Source: Acidobacteriota bacterium (GTDB lineage: Bacteria > Acidobacteriota > UBA890 > WLXD01). From it: DNA of 64,000 bases. Positions 30,648 to 39,263 of this stretch are shown piece after piece; the stretch's first letter is position 1, and every line of letters starts with the position of its first letter. A program made the position numbers and the translations under genes. The stretch is taken from NCBI GenBank assembly GCA_963666215.2, contig CAXWPL010000005.1, forward strand, positions 1,088,001 through 1,152,000. Reading direction: 5' to 3'. The notes beneath the pieces were generated by a model. The model was not told the DNA's origin, searched no databases, and saw nothing but the letters and a program-made list of their open reading frames with translations.

Positions 30648-32141
30648 CTACCGCACCAGGTGCAGCTCCGTCTGACGGCGCAGCATCCAACGCATCTCGC
30701 CATCGGCGGTAATCTCGGCCTCCTCCTCCATCATCATGCGCACCGGCTGGTTGTCCCATTCGGCCACCGGCGTGGTGGCCTGCAGCTCGGTGGAGAACCA
30801 CATGCTGGGAAGAACGGGCACGTCGCCGCGACCCGGAACACCCTCCTGGTAATCCCACAGGCCGATCAGGGGACCGGCGCCGTGACCGTGGTCGCCAATC
30901 GGGTGGGTGTACATCGTCCCGTCGATGCCCTCGGCGTTCATCTTTTCGAGTACGGCGTAGAGAACCTCGTTGCCGGACATGCCCACCTTGGTCGCCTCGA
31001 GGAGGATGTCCTGGAAGCGTTGGGAGTTCGCTAGGGCGTGCTTGAGGCCATCGGGGGCGTCGGTCTCGCCTTCGCGCAGCACATACCCCATGTGCTGGGT
31101 GTCGGTGGCCATGCCCATGGCGACGATGCCAAAGTCGCAGTGCAGCACATCGCCGCGCTGGATGACCGGTGAGCCATCGTGCTCGGCGCCGCCGGTGCCA
31201 ACCTCGCTGTCGGTAACACCGCGACGCTGGATGCTCACAGAAGGCTGGAACCAGGTGCCGAGGCCCATATCGTTGACCCTCTGGCGCATCCACCACACAA
31301 CGTCTGCCGTGGTCGTCTCGCCCGGTTCGATGACGAGATTCGAGAAGGCGGCCGAAATGACCTCGTGGACAATCGCCTGCAGGCGACGATAGGCCGGCGT
31401 CATCGAGGGCACTCGCGTGGCCAGGTAGTCGATCGCTAGCCGCCCGTTGCGCACCACCCGGCCGGCGTACTCCGGACCGAGCGCTTCTCGCATCTGCTCC
31501 CACTCCCCCGCCGTCAGGCCGTCCGAGAAGTTGTGCTCCTGGTCGATATTGACGGCGATGGCCCGCGGATCGCGCTCGCGCACGAGCTCGCCGAACAGAC
31601 GCCATTGGCCGGAGCCCCACAATTCGGCCTGCACGTCGTCGCGGTCGGTGGCCGCGCTCGATCGGTAGGCCTCGTACAAGCCCCCCTGTGACGTTCCGCC
31701 GAGTGCCACGCGCTCTACGCCGGCATCGGCACCACGGTCGAAGAAAACGTAGATCGTGCGCCGGCGTGCCGCGAAGGTCGTGGGCGAAACCAGGGCGCGG
31801 AAAACCGGATCCTCGTTGTACTCGCGCATCGACAGAACCCACATGTCGACACCGTGCGCGCGCATGATCTTCGGCAGGTTGACCTCGAGCCGCTCGCGCA
31901 GCCATTCCTGCTGGATCGCCGCCTGCTCGCGCAAGGTGCCGAACAGGCGATTGGAGTGGTAGACGCCGGTCTGCTGGGCAGCTGCCCGGGGAGGCATGAG
32001 GAACGTGTCAGCTCCGACGAGTGCGGCCGAGATCAGCAGACCCAGCGAGGCCAGGCGCCCTATCGCGAGCCGAGACCGCGCGATCGGGCGGGCGGCGTGG
32101 AGATCGGCAAGGCGGCGCGGCGCGGCGGAAGGACGGTCCAT
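30648..32141 (-). CDS. M24-family (Xaa-Pro aminopeptidase-like) exported metallopeptidase
   Basis: GDVLHCDFG, TDTQHMGY, HPIGDHGHGAGP, STEL, MEE metal-ligand pattern; signal-like N-terminus. Confidence 0.85.
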   Translation of the reverse strand: MDRPSAAPRRLADLHAARPIARSRLAIGRLASLGLLISAALVGADTFLMPPRAAAQQTGVYHSNRLFGTLREQAAIQQEWLRERLEVNLPKIMRAHGVDMWVLSMREYNEDPVFRALVSPTTFAARRRTIYVFFDRGADAGVERVALGGTSQGGLYEAYRSSAATDRDDVQAELWGSGQWRLFGELVRERDPRAIAVNIDQEHNFSDGLTAGEWEQMREALGPEYAGRVVRNGRLAIDYLATRVPSMTPAYRRLQAIVHEVISAAFSNLVIEPGETTTADVVWWMRQRVNDMGLGTWFQPSVSIQRRGVTDSEVGTGGAEHDGSPVIQRGDVLHCDFGIVAMGMATDTQHMGYVLREGETDAPDGLKHALANSQRFQDILLEATKVGMSGNEVLYAVLEKMNAEGIDGTMYTHPIGDHGHGAGPLIGLWDYQEGVPGRGDVPVLPSMWFSTELQATTPVAEWDNQPVRMMMEEEAEITADGEMRWMLRRQTELHLVR

Positions 32142-32311
32142 TTCGACGACTCCGAGAGATTCTCGTTGCGGGGAGAGGGAAGCTCAGCCGAGCTCCGGGT
32201 GTCGTTGGCCATCGACGGCCAAGCGCGGCCATGTAGAATAGCGCGCCGTTGCGGCCAATCTCGCAGGTCACACGAGATGTCGTGGCATGCGCAGCGCGAG
32301 GAGGCTCACAG

Positions 32312-32869
32312 ATGCACAACGAACCGCGGCGCGGGCGCCAGCTCGTCGACTGGAGCTCGGTTCTCTGGGCCGGGCTCGGCGCCGGCACGCTCTTCCTCTT
32401 GCTGAACCTGTTCGTGACGCCGCGCTTCGCTGGCGGGAACGCCTGGACGATGTTGCGGATGCTGGCGTCGCTGGTTCTCGGCGAGGGCATCGTGGCGCCC
32501 CCGGCGACCTTCAGCGCAGCGGCTCTCGGCGTGGGTCTGGCGGTCCACGCCACGCTGTCCCTGGCCTTCGCCGCGCTACTGGCGATTGTCCTGCACCGCT
32601 GGGGCCTGGTTGTAGGTATCGCTGGCGGCGCGTTACTCGGTGTTGCGCTCTACGCGATCAACCTCTTCTCACTAACCCTTTGGGCTCCGTGGTTCTTCGC
32701 GCTCCACAGCCCGGCCTTCCTGGTTAGCCACGCACTGTTCGGCGCCTCTGCGGGCGGCCTGTACGAGGCGCTCGAAGTGGAACTGTTCGCCAACGACGCC
32801 GAGCCGGCAACCGAGCTCACCGCCGTCGCGACCCCCTCGCACTCCAGCGGAAGCGAGAGGAAGCCTTGA
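32312..32869 (+). CDS. Hypothetical 4-TM membrane protein
   Basis: ATG at 32312 after GAGGAGG; four hydrophobic helices with two membrane His (VH, SH..FG). Confidence 0.75.
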   Translation: MHNEPRRGRQLVDWSSVLWAGLGAGTLFLLLNLFVTPRFAGGNAWTMLRMLASLVLGEGIVAPPATFSAAALGVGLAVHATLSLAFAALLAIVLHRWGLVVGIAGGALLGVALYAINLFSLTLWAPWFFALHSPAFLVSHALFGASAGGLYEALEVELFANDAEPATELTAVATPSHSSGSERKP

Positions 32870-32876
32870 GGAAACC

Positions 32877-33782
32877 ATGAGGCGCCGCGTCGTTGTCCGG
32901 CGAGCCTACCCGCAGCGCTACGGGCCGCAGATGCAGGCCAGCGCTTTCGGCCGCCGGCCGCACCTGAGCGCGTTTCCACGGGTCGGCCGTAGCGGCGGTG
33001 GCGGCCGGCTGCTCATCGGGCTCGTCATGATGGGCTTCGCGCTTTTCTCCTACTTCGCCTCGAGTGAATACAACCCCGTCACCGGCGAGAATCAGTACAT
33101 CGGCCTGACAACCCACCAGGAGATCGCACTCGGGTTGCAGGCGGCGCCCGACATGATTCAGCGGCACGGCGGCCTGCACCCCGACGCGCAGGCGCAGGCG
33201 GTGGTCGACAGGTTGGGCGACGAGCTGGTGCGTGCCAGCGTCGCTAGCCAAACCGACTGGCAGTTCGACTTCCATCTGCTCGCCGACCGCGAAACGATCA
33301 ACGCCTTCGCGCTACCCGGCGGCCAGGTATTCATCACTTGGGCGCTGTATTCACGCTTCGAGACCGAAGGACAGCTCGCCGGCGTGCTCGGCCATGAGAT
33401 CGGGCACGTGGTGGCGCGGCATTCGGCGCAGCGCATTGCCAAGTCGCGCCTCACGCAAGGCTTGACCGGCGCTGTGGCTGTGGCCAGCGAAAGCGCAGGA
33501 TCGGCGCAGATCGCGGCGGTCCTCGGCCAGCTGCTGAACATGCGCTACGGACGTGAGGACGAGCTGCAGTCGGACGAGTTGGGCGTGCAGGTCATGGCCG
33601 ACGCGGGCTATGACCCGCGCTCGATGGTTGCGGTCATGGGCATCCTCGCCGAGGCCAGCGGCGGGGCTCGGGGACCCGAGTTCTTCAGCACCCATCCCAA
33701 TCCGGAGAATCGAATCGGCCGCATCGAGGCGACGATCTCCGAGCGCTTTCCCGCCGGCCTACCCGACGACCTCCGGCGGTAG
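32877..33782 (+). CDS. M48-family zinc metallopeptidase
   Basis: INAFALPGG, HEIGH, YGREDELQSD, AGYDPR, FSTHP. Confidence 0.92.
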   Translation: MRRRVVVRRAYPQRYGPQMQASAFGRRPHLSAFPRVGRSGGGGRLLIGLVMMGFALFSYFASSEYNPVTGENQYIGLTTHQEIALGLQAAPDMIQRHGGLHPDAQAQAVVDRLGDELVRASVASQTDWQFDFHLLADRETINAFALPGGQVFITWALYSRFETEGQLAGVLGHEIGHVVARHSAQRIAKSRLTQGLTGAVAVASESAGSAQIAAVLGQLLNMRYGREDELQSDELGVQVMADAGYDPRSMVAVMGILAEASGGARGPEFFSTHPNPENRIGRIEATISERFPAGLPDDLRR

Positions 33783-34292
33783 TGGCACTGCCTCGCGGGC
33801 TCCACCTGTCATCGGTGCGCAATCCGTGGCTGCGGATCGCGATTGTTGCTGGGCTGCTGCTGGCCGGCTGGGTGGCCGAGGTCGGGCTGCCTGGCTTTCG
33901 AGGGGGCGCCGACGGTAACGGCGGAACTGGCGACACCAGCGAAGCCACGGCCGACAATACGACGATCGTCGAGGCGTACCGCTCCGGAACCTCGAATGTC
34001 GTTGTGGAGGGGGTCGGGACCGTCGAGCGGTTGTTGGGCGACGATGTGAGCGGCTCGCGGCTCGCGCCACCAGCGCTTTATCCTGCGGGTTGCGCCGGAC
34101 CACACCGTGCTCGTGAGTCACAACATCGATCTTGCCGAACGCGTTCAGGGCCTCGCCGCGGGTGATCGGGTGGAGTTCCGCGGTGAATACGAGTGGAACG
34201 ACCGCGGCGGCGTCGTTCATTGGACGCATCACGACCCGCAAGGAGCGCGACCCGGGGGCTGGCTGCGCCACCGGGGCCGGACCGTACGCTAG
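33782..34292 (+). pseudogene. DUF3465-like (OB-fold) exported protein, frameshifted by a 7-bp tandem duplication
   Basis: GCGGCTC is repeated at 34050-34063. Removing one copy gives DDVSGSRHQRFILR...LVSHNIDLAER...GDRVEFRGEYEWNDRGGVVHWTHHDP. Confidence 0.85.
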
Positions 34293-34468
34293 CAGCCCGT
34301 GGTGGAAGTGTGGTGGGCCTGGCGACAGGGTCTTGCGAGGCGGAGGCGAGGATAGAGGAGGAAGCGATGCTCAAGGCATCGTTGACGACGAACGACGAAG
34401 CATACGACCGCGGGCCCCTGTCGGATCTTTGCATAGGGGGGTTACCGCCACACTTCCACCACGGGCTG
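34293..34468 (+). mobile_element. Non-autonomous MITE-like element (176 bp)
   Basis: Perfect 21-bp terminal inverted repeats CAGCCCGTGGTGGAAGTGTGG (34293-34313) / CCACACTTCCACCACGGGCTG (34448-34468); CTAG directly flanks both ends (34289-34292, 34469-34472). Confidence 0.85.
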
Positions 34469-34514
34469 CTAGAGAGCCGCGCCGCCGGAGTGCCCTACTG
34501 GCGAAGCGCCCGCA

Positions 34515-35468
34515 TCAGGCCGCGGCGAGATCTGCCGCCGCTGGGTCTGCTCGGCCGGCCTCCTCAGCCAAATCCCCGAAGTTGATCAGCTGTGCACCGC
34601 AACGCTCCAGCGCTCGATGAACCACCGGATCCGTGAGGGCCAGGAGCTCTTCGTTCCAGCGATAGCCCCAGTCGGCGAAGTCGGGGCGCGGCGGGCCGTC
34701 GCCGCGAGCCGGGTGCACCGACAGCTCGGTGACCCCCGGTCGCAGGCCCGCGATGCGCTCCACCAGGCCACCGGCGTCGATGTTGCCGGCGCCAACGTAA
34801 CCAACGAAACGATCGGGGAACAAGAATCCGCGCCGTTTCGCCACACGGGCGGCGCGCACGGCGCAGGTCCGCAATCCCAAGCCCGTGGCACGGCGCGCCC
34901 ATCCCGCGTGACCGACTGGGCGTTTCTCGAGTGGAATCCGCAGGCAACGCAGACTCTGGCGGCTCATCTCCTCGAGGACAATCTCGATCACACCCGGCAG
35001 CACGTGAACGTGGTCGTGCGAGTCGAGGTGAGTGAGCGTCAGTCCGAGCTCGGTGGCCCGCTGCAACTGCAGGCGAATCTCCGCTCTCAGCTCCTTGGCG
35101 TTGATGCGACCCGCCAGCCAGCGCAGCGCGAATCGTTGCCCATTGCGATGCATACGCGGTCGCAGCACGTCGACCAGGCGATCGCGAGAGCGGCTGTCGT
35201 CGGCGGAGTCGGTATCGAGCAGGCTTGAAACGGTGTCGGGATCCGACAGCGGAGGCTCGTCGACCAACGTCAGATGAAGGCCAACGCCAAGCTGGGGGCA
35301 GGCGCCCGCCGCGCGAACGGCAGCCTCGGCCGCCGGGCCCGCCACCGAAAGTGTGGTGCTTGTAAGGTAGCCGTGGGTGTGGGCCTCGAGAACGCCCTCG
35401 TTGATCGAGGCGGCGAGCCCGAAGTCGTCGCCGTTGATGATTGCGCGAATTCCGCGGTCGGTGGTCAT
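34515..35468 (-). CDS. ChbG/HpnK (YdjC) family carbohydrate deacetylase
   Basis: IINGDDFG, GVGLHLTL, THLDSHDHVH, ELSVHP, EELLAL. Confidence 0.9.
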   Translation of the reverse strand: MTTDRGIRAIINGDDFGLAASINEGVLEAHTHGYLTSTTLSVAGPAAEAAVRAAGACPQLGVGLHLTLVDEPPLSDPDTVSSLLDTDSADDSRSRDRLVDVLRPRMHRNGQRFALRWLAGRINAKELRAEIRLQLQRATELGLTLTHLDSHDHVHVLPGVIEIVLEEMSRQSLRCLRIPLEKRPVGHAGWARRATGLGLRTCAVRAARVAKRRGFLFPDRFVGYVGAGNIDAGGLVERIAGLRPGVTELSVHPARGDGPPRPDFADWGYRWNEELLALTDPVVHRALERCGAQLINFGDLAEEAGRADPAAADLAAA

Positions 35469-35889
35469 GCGCGCCGCCGGTACGGGGTCGCGAAGCGCAG
35501 CGGACCCGAACGAATCTCGACGGAGGCCGCCCCGAGGAAGTCGTGCGGCACGCCCAGGATCTCGCGCGACGCCTCGACCTCGCTGCAGATCGGCGCGATC
35601 ATCGAGGTCGACGTCTCGCTGCGCATTCCCACTCCATGAACAAACTGTCCGCAGGCCAAAAGAGCACCCATTCGGCGCTCGTTCTGGCCCCCAGCCTACC
35701 GCCGCAAGGGTGTGTATCCGGAGCCCAAAGTGCCCCCCCGGAACTCGATTTCGGCAGCCTCACGGGCCCGGCGAGCCCGCGCGCACGGTTTGCCACCCCG
35801 TGGCCCACGGGTTATGAATGCGCGGCGGCCGCGGGCTCGGTCGAACGCGATTTCCGAAACGTGATGGGTAGCGCAACGCTGGAGCGCGA

Positions 35890-37785
35890 GTGAGTCACAG
35901 CCCACAACACGGTGAGGCGGGGCGACGCGAAGATCTCGCGTTGGCGCTGGCCGCGCTGGGGGTAGTGTTTGGCGATATCGGCACGAGCCCGATCTACGCC
36001 ATCCGCGAGTCGTTCCATGCATCCTACGGCATCGCGGCCAGCGCCGAGAACATGCTCGGAGTGCTGTCGCTGATTTTCTGGTCGCTGATCATCGTCATCA
36101 CGATCAAGTACCTGGCGCTGGTGCTGCGCGCCGACAACCGCGGTGAGGGCGGCATCATTGCGCTCACGGCACTGGTCGCGCCGCCCAACGAGCACACCGG
36201 TGGCCGCCGCAGGGTGCTCGTGCTACTGGGTCTCTTCGGCGCCGCGCTGCTGTACGGCGATAGCATCATCACGCCCGCCATCTCGGTGTTGTCGGCCATC
36301 GAGGGGCTCGAGATCGCCACCCCGCTCTTTCAGCCGTACATCATCCCGATTACCGCCGGGATCCTGGTGGGGCTGTTCTCGATGCAGCGTCGAGGCACCG
36401 CCGGCATAGGCGCCATCTTCGGGCCCATCACGCTCGTGTGGTTCCTCACGCTGGCACTGCTGGGCACCATACAGCTGGTACAGAACCCTGGTGTTCTGGC
36501 CGCGCTCAATCCTCTGCAGGCGTACGACTTCTTTGCGCGCAACGAGATCCGAGGACTGCTCGTGCTCGGCTCCGTGTTCCTGGTGGTGACCGGCGGCGAA
36601 GCGCTGTACGCCGACATGGGACATTTCGGCACAAAACCGATCCGCATGACCTGGTTCGCAATCGTCTTACCGTCGTTGCTGCTCAACTACTTCGGCCAAG
36701 GAGCTCTCATCCTCCGCGACCCCGAGGCCATCGAGCACCCGTTCTTTCTGATGGCACCGAGCTGGGCACTTTACCCCCTGGTGGCGTTGACCACTTGCGC
36801 CACCGTGATCGCCTCGCAGGCGGTGATCTCGGGGGCCTTCTCGTTGACCCGCCAGGCGGTGCAGCTCGGTTACCTGCCTCGTTTGCGCATCGACCACAAG
36901 TCCGACAGACACGCCGGACAGATCTACATTCCGTCGGTCAACTGGGCGCTGATGATCGCCTGCATCGCGCTGGTGCTCGGCTTCCGCAACTCGAGCAATC
37001 TCGCCTCGGCCTACGGCGTGGCCGTGACCACCGACATGGTGTTCACGACGATTCTGTTTGCTGTGGTTGCCCGAAGCCGTTGGCGATGGGGATACTTGCT
37101 CCTGTTCATCGTCATCGTGCCTCTGTTCATCGTCGACGTCGCCTTCTGGAGCGCCAATATCCCGAAGATCCCCAGCGGTGGCTGGTTCCCGCTGCTGATC
37201 GCCGGTGTCATGTTCGTGTTGATGACCACCTGGAACCGTGGCCGCAAGATCCTTGGCCGACGGCTCAACGAACGCGTCGTGCCTCTGCGCCCGTTCCTCG
37301 AGGGTCTGGCCGCAGACCCACCGATCCGCGTACCCGGCACCGCGGTCTTCATGGCCTCGAGCGCCGACGGAACGCCGCACGCGCTGGTGCACAACGTGAA
37401 GCACAACAAGGTGCTTCACGAGCGCATCATCTTCCTCACGGTGGCTACCAGCGACGTGCCTCATGTTCATGAGCAGAATCGTGTCGAGGTACAGCCCGTC
37501 GGCGACGAAGGCTTCTACCGCATCGTGCTGCACTACGGCTTCGCGCAGGACCCCGATGTACCGAGTGCGCTGGCGTCGATCAACCTGAACGGATCCGCCG
37601 TCGACGTGGAGGAAACAACGTTCTTCCTCGGCCGCGAGAACCTGATCTCGACACCGGCCCGCGGCATGGCGACGTGGCGCGAAAAGCTGTTTGCTCGCAT
37701 GTCGCGCAACGCTCGCGGCGCCACGCTCTATTTCCGCATCCCGCCGCACCGCGTGGTCGAGCTCGGAACCCAGATCGAGCTCTAG
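35890..37785 (+). CDS. kup: KUP/HAK/KT potassium transporter
   Basis: LGVVFGDIGTSPIYA, ADNRGEGG, YGDSIITPAISVLSAIEG, TGGEALYADMGHFG, GQIYIP, HNVKHNKVLHE, VVELGTQIEL. Confidence 0.97.
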   Translation: MSHSPQHGEAGRREDLALALAALGVVFGDIGTSPIYAIRESFHASYGIAASAENMLGVLSLIFWSLIIVITIKYLALVLRADNRGEGGIIALTALVAPPNEHTGGRRRVLVLLGLFGAALLYGDSIITPAISVLSAIEGLEIATPLFQPYIIPITAGILVGLFSMQRRGTAGIGAIFGPITLVWFLTLALLGTIQLVQNPGVLAALNPLQAYDFFARNEIRGLLVLGSVFLVVTGGEALYADMGHFGTKPIRMTWFAIVLPSLLLNYFGQGALILRDPEAIEHPFFLMAPSWALYPLVALTTCATVIASQAVISGAFSLTRQAVQLGYLPRLRIDHKSDRHAGQIYIPSVNWALMIACIALVLGFRNSSNLASAYGVAVTTDMVFTTILFAVVARSRWRWGYLLLFIVIVPLFIVDVAFWSANIPKIPSGGWFPLLIAGVMFVLMTTWNRGRKILGRRLNERVVPLRPFLEGLAADPPIRVPGTAVFMASSADGTPHALVHNVKHNKVLHERIIFLTVATSDVPHVHEQNRVEVQPVGDEGFYRIVLHYGFAQDPDVPSALASINLNGSAVDVEETTFFLGRENLISTPARGMATWREKLFARMSRNARGATLYFRIPPHRVVELGTQIEL

Positions 37786-37791
37786 CAAACG

Positions 37792-38214
37792 TCAGCTCGA
37801 CGTCGGAGTCCGCGGCAGCGGCGGCAACCGATCGTCGGGGTCGCGCCACCGAGCTCGAGTGAGGTAGTCGAGCGCCAGGCAAAAGCCGTAGCGCTGCCGC
37901 ATGGTCGCCGCGACAGCACCTATCAGCAGTGCAAACGCGCCGACAAGCAGAACCAAGTTGCTCGGGTAGAGCTCGAAGTACACGACCGCGATCACCGGCA
38001 GGATGAAAGCAGCGCGGTCGACGACCACGAGAAAAATCCAAGGGTCGCCCTGATTTCGCAGATAACGCAGCCCGCAGCTGGAACAGGTCTCGCGAACCTC
38101 GACCCAGCGCCTGGGCAGGAACAAGGACACGTGGCCGCAATGCGGACAACGGCCGGCGAGGCCACGGAGCAAAGCCGTGCTCACCGCCGTGCGGCGATCA
38201 GAGTCGGTTGCCAC
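37792..38214 (-). CDS. DUF983-like zinc-ribbon membrane protein
   Basis: RGLAGRCPHCG...CSSCGL followed by two TM helices. Confidence 0.75.
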   Translation of the reverse strand: MATDSDRRTAVSTALLRGLAGRCPHCGHVSLFLPRRWVEVRETCSSCGLRYLRNQGDPWIFLVVVDRAAFILPVIAVVYFELYPSNLVLLVGAFALLIGAVAATMRQRYGFCLALDYLTRARWRDPDDRLPPLPRTPTSS

Positions 38215-38342
38215 GGTAGGCTGCGGCTACAGCTCGGCGGTGGCCAGAAAGCGCGGCGGCTGTCGCAGCTGTGTGGCGCGCTCGAAAGGGTGCGCCAGAC
38301 GGACCAACTTCGGCTCGCTCCAGGCGCGACCGAACGCGACGC

Positions 38343-39263
38343 TCACCTACCGAGATCTTCGGGGGTTCCGAGAGGACGGGCAAAGACCTCCATGTGCCGG
38401 ACGCGCTCGTGCAGCTGACGGAACTCAGGAACGGTCAGGGCGCGCAGCGGGGGGCGCACGTCACCGCAGTCGACACCCACCAGCGACATGATCGCTTTGC
38501 CGGCTCGCAGCGTACCGAACTCGCGCATGATTCGGAACAGCTCGGTCGCCTGAGTCTGTGCATCGCGAGCCGCGGCCACGTCGCCGCGTTCGAACCGATC
38601 GAGCATCCTCCGATAAACTGGCGCCGCGTAGTTGAAGCTGGCTCCAACCGCGCAGGTGATTCCATGGGCGAGCCCCGACAGCATTCCTTCGTCGGCGCAC
38701 AGCACCCGAAATCGCGAAGCCAGCGGCAAGCACGACTGCAACGAGCGGGCGTCGGGATTCGCCAGAATGACGCCGGCAAGCGAGGGCACTCGCAGGCTCC
38801 CCCACTCGAGCAGATGGTCGGGCGCGATGTGCACGCTGTTGAAGGCCGGGGCGTCGTAGAAGTAGAAGGGAAGGCCGCCGGCGGCCTCGGCGATGGGCGC
38901 GAGGTACTCGATGAGATCCTCGACCGATCGCGGACCGTAGGCAATCGGAGCCATCGCCGCGACGGCAGCCACACCGGCGCGCTCGGCTTGTCGCGCCAGC
39001 TCAATCGCGTCGGCCAAACATTCGTGCCCGATGTGGGCGAACACGGGGAAGAGCCCCTCGCCGGCACCGGCCCACGTCTCGCAAAGTCCGCGCCGCTCGG
39101 CGATGGTCAGTGAATGCCCCTCGCCGGCGACTCCACCGACCATAACGCCGGAAACACCGCTCTCTCGATAGAGCTTCAACATTTCGGGAACGGCAAGAGC
39201 GTTGATGCGTCCGGTGGCGGCGAACGGCGTGTAGGCGGAGGCGATCAACCCTTCGAATGGCAT
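38343..39263 (-). CDS. DHDPS / N-acetylneuraminate lyase-like protein lacking the catalytic Lys
   Basis: AYTPF, GVAGEG.SLT..ER, FAHIG, LPFYFY, AVGASFN, GDVRPPL give the NanA fold; GVILAN stands where GxKFT is expected. ATG overlaps the upstream TGA. Confidence 0.85.
   Translation of the reverse strand: MPFEGLIASAYTPFAATGRINALAVPEMLKLYRESGVSGVMVGGVAGEGHSLTIAERRGLCETWAGAGEGLFPVFAHIGHECLADAIELARQAERAGVAAVAAMAPIAYGPRSVEDLIEYLAPIAEAAGGLPFYFYDAPAFNSVHIAPDHLLEWGSLRVPSLAGVILANPDARSLQSCLPLASRFRVLCADEGMLSGLAHGITCAVGASFNYAAPVYRRMLDRFERGDVAAARDAQTQATELFRIMREFGTLRAGKAIMSLVGVDCGDVRPPLRALTVPEFRQLHERVRHMEVFARPLGTPEDLGR

Noticed and set aside
35690-35889. c-di-AMP (ydaO) riboswitch before kup
   Set aside because: I could not find the consensus elements; kept only as a low-interest generic leader.
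35441-35893. Short ORFs between the deacetylase and kup
   Set aside because: No recognisable motifs or RBS; overlapping alternatives on both strands are typical of GC-rich intergenic DNA.
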